DNA of 64,000 nucleotides from a bacterium (GTDB lineage: Bacteria > SAR324 > NAC60-12): NCBI GenBank assembly GCA_965209155.1, contig OZ242383.1, positions 1,024,001 through 1,088,000 on the forward strand, given 5' to 3'. Positions 1 to 8,618 of this stretch are shown piece after piece (position 1 is the stretch's first letter; the number at the start of each line of letters is the position of its first letter). The notes below the pieces were generated by a model. That model worked only from the letters and a program-made list of their open reading frames with translations, had not been told where the DNA came from and searched no databases. Both the position numbers and the translations under genes were made by a program.

Positions 1-317
1 GCCGGCCCCAACATCGAAATACCAGAACCCTCGCTGATCAGAGGAGAGCGGCATTTGAGGGCGGCCATTTCTTCTCTTAAAATTTTATACTCTGCTTTAT
101 TTAAACCTCCACCCCCATATTTTTTCGGCCACAGGGGAGCCGTCCAACCTCGCTCAGCCATCCTCTCCAGCCAAATTTTCGAGTCAGGATTTTTAAAAGT
201 GGCTTTTCGTCCTCCCCAAACCACTTCCTCTTCTGTGAGCGGGGTGCGCATCGAAGCAGGGCAATTTGCTTCCAACCATTCACGGGTTTCTGCACGAATT
301 TTTTCAAGAGCTTCCAA
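1..317 (-). CDS. Acyl-CoA dehydrogenase family protein, N-terminal part (runs off window start)
   Basis: Manual translation from TTG at 317 (RBS AAGGAGGA upstream): MEALEKIRAETREWLEANCP...WLERMAERGWTAPLWPKKYGGGGL...GISMLGP, the typical ACAD N-terminal WPxxYGG motif. Not in the ORF track because it is truncated. Confidence 0.85.
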   Translation of the reverse strand, partial: MEALEKIRAETREWLEANCPASMRTPLTEEEVVWGGRKATFKNPDSKIWLERMAERGWTAPLWPKKYGGGGLNKAEYKILREEMAALKCRSPLISEGSGISMLGP

Positions 318-330
318 GAGTCCTCCTTTG

Positions 331-480
331 TTAGACGTTGTCAGCAAGGAATTGTTGCGCCCCATCCACGATCAGGTGTCGCAACTCGATCATGGCCATG
401 AGGTCCGTGCGCAGCTTGCCGCCAGCGGTGTGGATGCGGTCCGCCACCTGGCGCTGCGCCTTGTTCGTTCTGAAGCGCAT
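331..480 (-). CDS. Possible 49-aa small protein or gene remnant
   Basis: ATG at 480 preceded by AAGGAA; MRFRTNKAQRQVADRIHTAGGKLRTDLMAMIELRHLIVDGAQQFLADNV*; GC-richer than its flanks and fills the gap between co-oriented genes. Confidence 0.3.
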   Translation of the reverse strand: MRFRTNKAQRQVADRIHTAGGKLRTDLMAMIELRHLIVDGAQQFLADNV

Positions 481-538
481 GATGGGTTCCTTATCACATT
501 GTGTTAAAACGAATTGCCCATGTCGGGAAGTCTGCGCA

Positions 539-1435
539 TCAGTCGATTTCAGGAGTCAATTGTTCTGTTCCGGCCTCGGCTGGCCCGTATATTTGCAATA
601 CCGAGAAGTCGTCAGAGACCCGTGTTTCGTTGTGAAGGATTTTGTGCGATAGAAAGTAAGTGTCTCCCTCTTTGAAGGTTAATGTCCCTTCTATCCCTTC
701 AATCACCAAATCGATCCACCCCGATAGGACATAGTTGAATTGAAAGTCATAGTCATGACGGTGCATCCCAGTCGTACCTTGAGGGGTATGTACGTCTTTA
801 TTGACTTTGATGATCTCCCCGTGGAAGTTTCCCCCTGTTGCTTCTGCGAGGCCAAGGTCGGCATATAATCCAGACCTGCGAAGGCCCGGTCCAAATTTGC
901 GATCCTTAGCATAGGTGAAGGCCGGTTTTTGCTTGTTCCAGCCTGTCAGTCGTTGTTCACTCATTTTTGATTGCTTTTTGGCCCAATCTTCGGACACCTC
1001 ACCACCCCCAATTCCCTGATCTATTTGCTCTGTTTTGGCCTTGGCTGGCCCATATATTTGCAAGTACTGGAAGTCGTCAGAGACCCGGGTTTCGTTGTGA
1101 AGGGCCCTGGACGGTATAAGGAAGGTGTCGCCTGCCCTTAAGGTTGTTTTCTCTTCCCCTTCAATCACCAAATCGATCTCCCCCGCCAGGACATAGTCAA
1201 ATTGCAAATCATAATGATGACGGTGCATACCTGTTGTCAATTTTTCTTTATCTTGATCTACATTTTCTGGATTATTTTTGCCAATCTCACCGTGAAATTG
1301 ACCTCCTGTTGCTTCTGCGAGGCCAAGGTCGGCATATAATCCGCCTTTACGGAGGCCCGGTCCAAATTTGCGATCCTTAGCATAGGTGAAGGCCGGTTTT
1401 TGCTTGTTCCAGCCTGTCAGTCGTTGTTCACTCAT
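539..1435 (-). CDS. Tandem (bi-)cupin protein made of two near-identical cupin units
   Basis: Two units each starting MSEQRLTGWNKQKPAFTYAKDRKFGPGLR, with cupin motifs GMHRH..D.QF.YVL.G and GDT...LHNE; RBS AAAGGAG. Confidence 0.85.
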   Translation of the reverse strand: MSEQRLTGWNKQKPAFTYAKDRKFGPGLRKGGLYADLGLAEATGGQFHGEIGKNNPENVDQDKEKLTTGMHRHHYDLQFDYVLAGEIDLVIEGEEKTTLRAGDTFLIPSRALHNETRVSDDFQYLQIYGPAKAKTEQIDQGIGGGEVSEDWAKKQSKMSEQRLTGWNKQKPAFTYAKDRKFGPGLRRSGLYADLGLAEATGGNFHGEIIKVNKDVHTPQGTTGMHRHDYDFQFNYVLSGWIDLVIEGIEGTLTFKEGDTYFLSHKILHNETRVSDDFSVLQIYGPAEAGTEQLTPEID

Positions 1436-1520
1436 TTTTGATCTCCTTTGATTAAGTTAAGCTTTGAGAGAGGCGACAGCCAGTGGTTCTGTCATTCGAC
1501 CCAGCCCGTTTCTCGTCAAT

Positions 1521-2264
1521 TCACGTGATCGACTGGAATCCATCGACGGTAATTGCCTGGCCCGTGATAAAGTTCGGCTCGGCACTCGCCAGAAACGCAA
1601 CCACCTCGCCGATGTCTTCGGGCGTACCAAAGCGCCCAAGGCTAATCCCTTCCGGAACCTTATTAGCTAAAGCCTGGGCAGTCAGCTCAGTTTTGATGGT
1701 GCCCGGACATATCACATTCACCGTGATGGAAGGTCCTAGTTCTTTCGCAAGGGAACGCGTCATACCCAGTAGGCCCGCCTTCGAAGCTGCGTAGGCAAGC
1801 TTGCTGACTGTACCACCGCTGAAGGCGGCTATAGACGAAATAAAAATAATTCGACCAGAACCTCGATCTTGCATCGATGGAACAACCGCTCTCGACCAGT
1901 TGAAACACCCTTTCAGGTTCACATCAATCGTACGATCCCACTCGGATTCACTAATTTCCAGTAAGCCTTTCGAACTCCCGATCCCCGCGTTATTGACAAG
2001 GACACTGATCGACTCGTAACGCTCTAGAATGTCATCCGTCACTTCTTCAGCTTTTTCAAAGTTGCTGACGTCGGCAACGAAGGACTCAGCCCGAACGCCT
2101 GTCGCACGAAGTTTACCAGTCGCCTCTTTTAGTTCGGCTTCGAGAACATCGACAAGCGCAAGATTGAAACCTTTGGCAGCGAGCGCCATGGCGCAACCAA
2201 GGCCTATCCCTCTGGCGCCGCCCGTTACCACAGCAACGGAACCGGCATCCTCTTTTACAGTCAT
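1521..2264 (-). CDS. SDR family NAD(P)-dependent oxidoreductase
   Basis: TGGARGIG, NNAG, YAASK, PG motifs. Start moved to ATG 2264 (RBS AAAGGAGG); the longer ORF start lies inside a repeat. Confidence 0.9.
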   Translation of the reverse strand: MTVKEDAGSVAVVTGGARGIGLGCAMALAAKGFNLALVDVLEAELKEATGKLRATGVRAESFVADVSNFEKAEEVTDDILERYESISVLVNNAGIGSSKGLLEISESEWDRTIDVNLKGCFNWSRAVVPSMQDRGSGRIIFISSIAAFSGGTVSKLAYAASKAGLLGMTRSLAKELGPSITVNVICPGTIKTELTAQALANKVPEGISLGRFGTPEDIGEVVAFLASAEPNFITGQAITVDGFQSIT

Positions 2265-2332
2265 AAAATCCTCCTTTGTAGTCATAAATTTTGCCGCGAC
2301 AAGAACTAGAACTCTGTCAATTTTAATTTGAC

Positions 2333-2404
2333 GGTAGGGCCGGGTGACGTCCCGGCCTAAGAAACGCCACGCTCGCATTGGCCGGGACGTCACCCGGCCC
2401 TACC
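2333..2404. repeat. REP-like doublet (GTAG type), 25-bp perfect inverted repeat
   Basis: ggtagggccgggtgacgtcccggcc (2333-2357) and its reverse complement (2380-2404); each arm has an internal gccggg/cccggc hairpin; second copy at 11866-11942. Confidence 0.85.
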
Positions 2405-2418
2405 ATTAACCCGTCATT

Positions 2419-3480
2419 TTAAATTTGACGGTGTACTAGAACCAGACTTTCAGTTTGCGGTTTGCCAGTTGTTTCCAGATCCAAGTTTATCGCTTGGCCT
2501 GAATAGGAGGACTCATGCAGCGCTTCGAGGACCGCGGTATTTCGCAGGCCATCTTCTGCTGGGAATTCGGGGGTCTTGCCTGTGAGGACGCACTCCGAGA
2601 ATTCGTCTAACTGAACGGTGAACCGATTAGGTGCTGGCGTGGCGATGGTTTGTTCATTTTGGCCATCAACTCCTTTCATGATGAGGGGACCGGAATCCTC
2701 AAACATTGACGGAATCTCGATCCTTCCTTCACGTCCGTCGATCGAAATCTGAAAACGAAAGGATGAGTGTTCCAGGCTGCTTGTTACATTGGCGATTGCC
2801 CCACTGGCAAACTCCATCATTCCACAGAATGTTGTGTCGACGCCCCAGTCACCGGAATCGTAACCAACCCCACGGACACGGATTGGTTCCGCAGAAAGAA
2901 CGAATCGTGCCGCATACACTGCGTAACTGCCGACCTCCCGCAACGCACCGTGTTCAAGCTCAGCCGAATATCGAATGGATTCCTGATCGGCCTGGCTGGT
3001 TCGGTGGCTGCAGCCAACAGCATCTATCGTGACAACCTTGCCAATTGTGCCATCAGCAATAAGTGCTCGCGCCTTTCTCAAGTGCGGGTTCCATCGATGC
3101 GTGAAAGCCTCCACAAGCACAACATTGTTCCTATGGGCGGCATCGATCATTCGTTGGCAATCTTTCGCTGATGCGGCCAGTGGCTTTTCGCACAAAATAT
3201 GTTTTCCGGCTTCTGCCGCCTTGACAGTCCATTCACAGTGCATGCTGATCGGCAGTGGAATGATCACAGCGTCTATCTCAGGGTCGGCTAGTTGATCTTC
3301 ATAGGACCCATACCATCGATTGATTCCGTGTTCACCTGCCGCGGCTTTAGCCTTGGAAGCCGTTCGTGATGAGATTGAAACAATTTCTGAGTTTTTCGAT
3401 TCGAGCGAGGCAGGAAGGTGGGCCTTCATGCCAATCTGTGAAGTCGAAATAAGACCATACCGAACAATTTTCTTTCTCAT
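2419..3480 (-). CDS. Gfo/Idh/MocA family oxidoreductase
   Basis: AGKHILCEKPLA motif, N-terminal Rossmann fold, HGALREVGSY; alternative GTG start at 3489. Confidence 0.9.
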   Translation of the reverse strand: MRKKIVRYGLISTSQIGMKAHLPASLESKNSEIVSISSRTASKAKAAAGEHGINRWYGSYEDQLADPEIDAVIIPLPISMHCEWTVKAAEAGKHILCEKPLAASAKDCQRMIDAAHRNNVVLVEAFTHRWNPHLRKARALIADGTIGKVVTIDAVGCSHRTSQADQESIRYSAELEHGALREVGSYAVYAARFVLSAEPIRVRGVGYDSGDWGVDTTFCGMMEFASGAIANVTSSLEHSSFRFQISIDGREGRIEIPSMFEDSGPLIMKGVDGQNEQTIATPAPNRFTVQLDEFSECVLTGKTPEFPAEDGLRNTAVLEALHESSYSGQAINLDLETTGKPQTESLVLVHRQI

Positions 3481-3542
3481 GTCTTTCACCTATCCAGCGC
3501 GTTTTCAATTGGGTGGTTCTCGTCGTCAAATTACGTCACCTC

Positions 3543-4289
3543 TCAATAACTCCCTGGCGCCACATGCGCAGTGACCAGGTTGCTACCGCCATCAACATCG
3601 AGTATCGACCCGGTGATAAACGATGCTTCGTCGGAGGCGAGATAGGCGATCACGTTGGCAATTTCCTCCGGCCGACCGAACCGCCCTATCGGCAGGCGAG
3701 CCGAGACACTGGCCTCCACCGCTGCCGGGTCGCCAGTTTTTGCTATTGCGCCACGAACAAAGGGCGTCAACGTGGAACCCGGACAGACCGCATTCACCCG
3801 AACGCCTTGGCGAGCGTACTGCAACGCCATTTGCCTGGTAAGTCCGATCACACCGGCTTTGTTGGCGCAGTAGGCGGCGCGGTTCGGAAGTGGATTCAGC
3901 CCGGCCACGGAGGCGATATTGACGATGGCGCCGGATGCCTGTTTGAGAATGTGGGGAAGAGCGAACTTGCACCCGAGGAAGACAGCGGTCAGGTTTACCG
4001 CCATCATTCGATCCCATTCTTCGATGGTGGTGTTAACGACGTCCTTCTCGACTCGAATACCGGCATTGTTGACTAAAACATCAATCCGACCGGTTTCACT
4101 CACTGCTCGTTCGACCAGCCCCCTTACCGCATCGGGATCGGTCACGTCGCAGATGACTTCGATGAAGTCGTGTGGTGTTTCATCAAAAGCCAGGTCTGTG
4201 CCGTAGACTCGGTCTCCGAGGTCCATGAATTTCCGGGCAGTCGCTTCGCCGATGCCGCCTCGCGCGCCAGTCACGATTACTGTTCTCAT
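3543..4289 (-). CDS. SDR family oxidoreductase
   Basis: Starts MRTVIVTGARGGIG at ATG 4289; NNAG, YCANK, VNAVCPG, DGG motifs. The ORF-track N-extension is an amidase remnant read out of frame. Confidence 0.9.
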   Translation of the reverse strand: MRTVIVTGARGGIGEATARKFMDLGDRVYGTDLAFDETPHDFIEVICDVTDPDAVRGLVERAVSETGRIDVLVNNAGIRVEKDVVNTTIEEWDRMMAVNLTAVFLGCKFALPHILKQASGAIVNIASVAGLNPLPNRAAYCANKAGVIGLTRQMALQYARQGVRVNAVCPGSTLTPFVRGAIAKTGDPAAVEASVSARLPIGRFGRPEEIANVIAYLASDEASFITGSILDVDGGSNLVTAHVAPGSY

Positions 4290-4290
4290 C

Positions 4291-4479
4291 TTACATTTCC
4301 TTCCAATCCGTTCCTTCCTGAAACCCATGGGCAGCACGGTAAATGGTGGATTCGTCAAAATGCTTTTCAATGAGCATTAAACTTATCGGGAGGTCCTCTG
4401 ACTTCCCACAAGGAATGGCCATTGCCGGGTGGTGAGTGAGATTAATTTTTACTTTCCTGAAAAAAGTTTACAAAATTTC
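4291..4479 (-). pseudogene. Internally deleted amidase remnant (5' UTR joined to the last ~51 codons)
   Basis: 4291-4445 matches 10228-10382 (amidase 3' end, about 7 mismatches by eye); 4446-4479 matches 11749-11781 (amidase upstream region). Confidence 0.85.
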
Positions 4480-4516
4480 ATCCTCTTTAACTTTGAATTG
4501 CTCCTGACGACCTAAG

Positions 4517-5218
4517 CTAAATCACCAGCAATCGGATCGTATACCCCGTCATTACAAGCCAGAATAGGATATTGTATGCTTGTGCGCCGATTTTTTTGTT
4601 CACAAAGCGGCCTGCGAAGACAGCGAAGGGCATGATAAGAAAAGTTCCTATCAGAATGCTCCAGGGGATGTCTTTAAAAAACGATCCATTGATAAAGACA
4701 GCTGCCTTGGTGGTGTCTCCGGCCAATGATACGACGGAGGCGGCCCCTACAAAATAGAATCGGTCTAGATTGAGATTCCGTAAAGACACTCCTTTGAGGG
4801 GGCCAGAGGTTCCTGAAAAACCGGAAGTGGCTCCCGCAAAAAAAGCAAATAGGAGTGACGAACCTCGCTTGACCGTGTTCCACTCTTTGAATTCAACAAA
4901 GAATGTAAAAATGAATATGGCGATGACCCCTAGATGAACCCATTGTTCGGGTGCATCCACCAGGAGCTTTGCGCCGAGGCCTGCCCCCAAAATTGTCAAC
5001 AATACGACCCCAGCGGCGGCTTTAACCGGAATCGTCCGATAATAGGCGATCACTTTGAAGATATTGTTGCAGGCAAGTAGGAGCGAGGCTAGTGCAATGC
5101 CTTGCTTTGTGCCAAAAAACATAGCTATTGAAGGAACCAGAATCAAAGATCCCCCCAGCCCTGCTGATGCAGATAGCATGAAGGACAAGGCCGCAAAAAT
5201 GAATATCAGGATCATCAT
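4517..5218 (-). CDS. Sulfite exporter TauE/SafE family membrane protein
   Basis: Highly hydrophobic; GLGGSLILVP and GFSGTSGP repeated motifs; start at ATG 5218 just after the upstream stop. Confidence 0.8.
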   Translation of the reverse strand: MMILIFIFAALSFMLSASAGLGGSLILVPSIAMFFGTKQGIALASLLLACNNIFKVIAYYRTIPVKAAAGVVLLTILGAGLGAKLLVDAPEQWVHLGVIAIFIFTFFVEFKEWNTVKRGSSLLFAFFAGATSGFSGTSGPLKGVSLRNLNLDRFYFVGAASVVSLAGDTTKAAVFINGSFFKDIPWSILIGTFLIMPFAVFAGRFVNKKIGAQAYNILFWLVMTGYTIRLLVI

Positions 5219-5219
5219 A

Positions 5220-8200
5220 TCAAACTTTACCGACCAATGCCCCTGAACCTCCTGCCTGTACGGCTTCATTGAATGCCACAACATCCTCATCCAAGACCTG
5301 ATTGAGTTTGGAAAGCTGCTCATCAATCAATGCGGTTAAATGCGCAAAAACTTCTTTTGCACCCTGGGTTGGCTCGAAATCTGCGCTAGCAACCGCTGGG
5401 ATGAGTTCTGCGAGTTTTGCTGCCAATCGAGATCCATGGTTGAAATATTTCGTATAGCTATACGATCCGGGATACATGAGAGTTTCTTCAATCTCGTACA
5501 ACTTTTGCTGAAGAGCTTTTCCACTTGCCTGCACCTCTTCTGCTTCAACTCGCTTCAACCAACCCTCAATTTGAGTCTTCAAATCTCGAATACGATTGAT
5601 TGCTTCATAGACCTCAGTGCGTTTATCCCGAATGGCCAAGAGCAATTCGAGTTGGGCGTTAAAATGGTCTGCACTGGTGGTGGTGCGGGGGTCTTGAAAA
5701 ACATTGAATGATTGCGTTTGACTATGATCCCCCAAGGTCAATTGGACTTGGTAAGTTCCGGGAATGGTATATGGTCCAAAATTCAAGGTTTCGAGCAATG
5801 GTCCTTGTTTTATCAATTCGCCATCCAAATCCACCCCATTGGCATAGCGCATGTTCCAGATAAATCGATTCATGCCTGGGTTTGCGGGTGCATACAGCTT
5901 CTCTTCCTCATGAGTTTTGTCTTTTTTGACTTCAGAATTTTTTTCTTTGGATATCGATTCCTCCTCTTCAGGTTTGCTCTCAAAGGAAGCAATCTCTTTT
6001 CCATCTTTGTCCAGAAAAGCCAATTTTAAGGGTTCTGCTGGTTTCTCTTTTAAGGCATACGTCACGATCAAACCATCGGGAGGATTTTCCCCAGCGTCGA
6101 CAAATCGCCGTTCGGAAGCCCCTTCCGGAGATTTCTCCATGAAGTGGGTCAGTATTTCATATGTAGAATCGACACTATAATTCCTCCCTGGTAATCCACT
6201 GAAGGCATCATAAAACAAACTAAATGTGGGGCGCACCGTGTCTTTGGGTTTGAAGAGATGGGCCTTTGCTGCCACAACTTCTTTGGTCAACTGGTGTAAG
6301 GGGGTCAAGTCGTCTAAGATCCAAATGGATCGACCGTGTGTCGCAACAATTAGATTGTTCTCTTTAATGAGTATGTCGTAAACAGGACTGACCGGCAAAT
6401 TGAGTTGGAACGCATCCCAATTGGCCCCGTCATCAAATGAAATATACAAACCGGTCTCTGTGCCCGCATACAGCAATCCAGGGCATTGGGGATCAGCTCG
6501 AATCATTCGAGTGAAATCATTGTCAGGAATCCCCGAATTGATCCTTTGCCAGGTTTTCCCATAATCGTTCGTTTTGTAAAGATAAGGCTGGGGATCGTCG
6601 AGTTTGTAACGGGTCGCAGCGACATAAACTGTGGCGGCATCAGTGGGAGAAGGTTCAATGATACTAATCATCGCAGGAACAGGTATATCTGGGGGGGTGA
6701 CGTCCTCCCAGGTTTTCCCGTCATCTTGTGAGAGATGAATCAAGCCATCGTCGCTCCCTGCCCAGAGCACGCCTGCTTCATGGGGAGATTCAATGAATGT
6801 GAACACAGTGGCATACGTTTCTGCCCCCAGCGAATCCCGATTGATGGGGCCGCCCGTAATCTTCAGAGTCTCTGGATCTGCCCGAGATAAATCAGGGCTG
6901 ATGGTTTCCCAAGTTTGACCTTCGTCCTTGCTACGGAAAACATGGTTTCCTCCCACATAAAGGATATTGGGATCGTGGGGAGACAAAACAATTGGATAGG
7001 TCCAATTGAATCGGTATTTTTCGGACTCTGCCCCGTGCCCAAAAGTGAGTTCCGGCCAATTGGCAATAAGCCGGATTTGCTTGGTTCGGCGATCATACCT
7101 TTGCAAAGAATTTCCTCCTCCCTGTGAACTGCCTATAGCCCCAACGTAGACAATGTTAGGGTCCTCAGGATGCGCAGCAATGTAGCCACTCTCTCCAGTT
7201 CCCGCTTGGTAGCCGGCAGACCAGGGGATTGCTTTTCGCTCACGCCCACTGCTTGGAATCGCGAAACTGGTATTGTCTTGTTGAGTGCCATAAACATGGA
7301 AGGGATACTGATTGTCGGTGGCAATGTGGTAAATCTGGGCGGTTGGTTGGTTGAAGGTGTTGCTCCAACTGTCGCCCCCATTGAGAGACACACAAGCCCC
7401 CCCATCGTTGCCTTGGATCATTCGTTTTGCGTTGTTGGGATCAATCCACAAGGCATGATTGTCTGGATGAGGGGTACTGAGTTGAGTGAAATTTTGCCCT
7501 CCATCAATAGATTTCCAAAGACTGAAACAATTGACGTAGACGGTGTCTGCATCTTGAGTACAGGCCGTCAAATGGATGTAATACCAAGCCCTCCCATAAA
7601 GGTATCCATTGTCACTGACCTGCTTCCAGGAATCTCCATAATCTTCAGAGCGGTACAAACCGGGGTTGTTTTCTGCTTCCAACAATGCCCAAACACGGCC
7701 TGGTTTTACTGGAGAAACCGCCACTCCCAGTTTTCCCAAAACCCCTTTAGGAAGTCCTTTGTTCAGGCTGATTTCTTCCCAAGTGTCGCCCCCGTCCATC
7801 GAACGGTATAGCCCACTGTCTGGCCCTCCACTCGAAATTTGCCAAAAACTTCGGTAGGCCTCCCAGATCGTGGCATAAAGAATCCGTGGATTGTTCACAT
7901 CAATGCTAATATCCACTGCTCCGGCTTTCTCACTTTTAGACAGGACTTTTTTCCAGGTTTTTCCTCCATCCATCGAAAGGAAAACACCGCGTTCTTCGTT
8001 GGTGCCAAATGCATGACCCAGGGCAGCCACATAGACAATATCGGGGTTTTCAGGGTGAATCACAATCTTTCCGATATGACGGGTGTCTTCCAACCCCATG
8101 TGCTGCCAACTTCGCCCAGCATCTGTACTCTTGTAAACGCCATCTCCGTGAGAAACATCGGTGCGGATAGTGGTCTCTCCCATTCCGGCATAAATGACAT

Positions 8201-8435
8201 TGGGATCTGCTTCAGAAACCGCCAAAGCTCCTACAGAACTGGTTTTGAAATAGCCATCCGAAACACATTCCCAGTAAATCCCAGCATCGGTGGTCTTCCA
8301 AACCCCTCCCGCACAAGCACCAAAGTAAAAAGTTGCCAGGTCCGATGAATCCCCGGCGACTGTCACGACCCGTCCCCCTCGAAACGGACCAATGCAACGA
8401 CATTTGAGTAGATTGTCTAAATTGTACTTTGGCAT
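5220..8435 (-). CDS. VPS10/BNR (Asp-box) repeat beta-propeller glycosyl hydrolase-like protein
   Basis: IGPFRGGRV start and many S/TxDGGxTW Asp-box repeats; RBS AAAGGAG before ATG 8435; no signal peptide evident. Confidence 0.85.
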   Translation of the reverse strand: MPKYNLDNLLKCRCIGPFRGGRVVTVAGDSSDLATFYFGACAGGVWKTTDAGIYWECVSDGYFKTSSVGALAVSEADPNVIYAGMGETTIRTDVSHGDGVYKSTDAGRSWQHMGLEDTRHIGKIVIHPENPDIVYVAALGHAFGTNEERGVFLSMDGGKTWKKVLSKSEKAGAVDISIDVNNPRILYATIWEAYRSFWQISSGGPDSGLYRSMDGGDTWEEISLNKGLPKGVLGKLGVAVSPVKPGRVWALLEAENNPGLYRSEDYGDSWKQVSDNGYLYGRAWYYIHLTACTQDADTVYVNCFSLWKSIDGGQNFTQLSTPHPDNHALWIDPNNAKRMIQGNDGGACVSLNGGDSWSNTFNQPTAQIYHIATDNQYPFHVYGTQQDNTSFAIPSSGRERKAIPWSAGYQAGTGESGYIAAHPEDPNIVYVGAIGSSQGGGNSLQRYDRRTKQIRLIANWPELTFGHGAESEKYRFNWTYPIVLSPHDPNILYVGGNHVFRSKDEGQTWETISPDLSRADPETLKITGGPINRDSLGAETYATVFTFIESPHEAGVLWAGSDDGLIHLSQDDGKTWEDVTPPDIPVPAMISIIEPSPTDAATVYVAATRYKLDDPQPYLYKTNDYGKTWQRINSGIPDNDFTRMIRADPQCPGLLYAGTETGLYISFDDGANWDAFQLNLPVSPVYDILIKENNLIVATHGRSIWILDDLTPLHQLTKEVVAAKAHLFKPKDTVRPTFSLFYDAFSGLPGRNYSVDSTYEILTHFMEKSPEGASERRFVDAGENPPDGLIVTYALKEKPAEPLKLAFLDKDGKEIASFESKPEEEESISKEKNSEVKKDKTHEEEKLYAPANPGMNRFIWNMRYANGVDLDGELIKQGPLLETLNFGPYTIPGTYQVQLTLGDHSQTQSFNVFQDPRTTTSADHFNAQLELLLAIRDKRTEVYEAINRIRDLKTQIEGWLKRVEAEEVQASGKALQQKLYEIEETLMYPGSYSYTKYFNHGSRLAAKLAELIPAVASADFEPTQGAKEVFAHLTALIDEQLSKLNQVLDEDVVAFNEAVQAGGSGALVGKV

Positions 8436-8468
8436 GCAAATCTCCTTTGATACTAACAAGTTTGTGAA

Positions 8469-8607
8469 TTATTTTTGTGCCTCATGCATGGGTACACATG
8501 AGGAAGTTGATACTTTCCTGACGAAATTTTTCAATTTCCGGGCGGTCGCTTCGCCGATGCCGCCTCGCGCGCCAGTCACGATTACTGTTCTCATCTTACA
8601 TTTCCTT
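8469..8607 (-). pseudogene. Truncated 5' copy of the SDR gene at 3543-4289
   Basis: 8533-8607 matches 4228-4302 with 1 mismatch in 75 bp; reads MRTVIVTGARGGIGEATARK, then unrelated sequence to TAA at 8469. Confidence 0.85.
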
Positions 8608-8618
8608 TTTGAATCTCT

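Noticed and set aside
2265..2393. N-terminal extension of the SDR in the ORF track
   Set aside because: Runs through the REP element; a strong RBS supports ATG 2264.
4290..4370. N-terminal extension of the second SDR
   Set aside because: Out-of-frame read of the amidase remnant.
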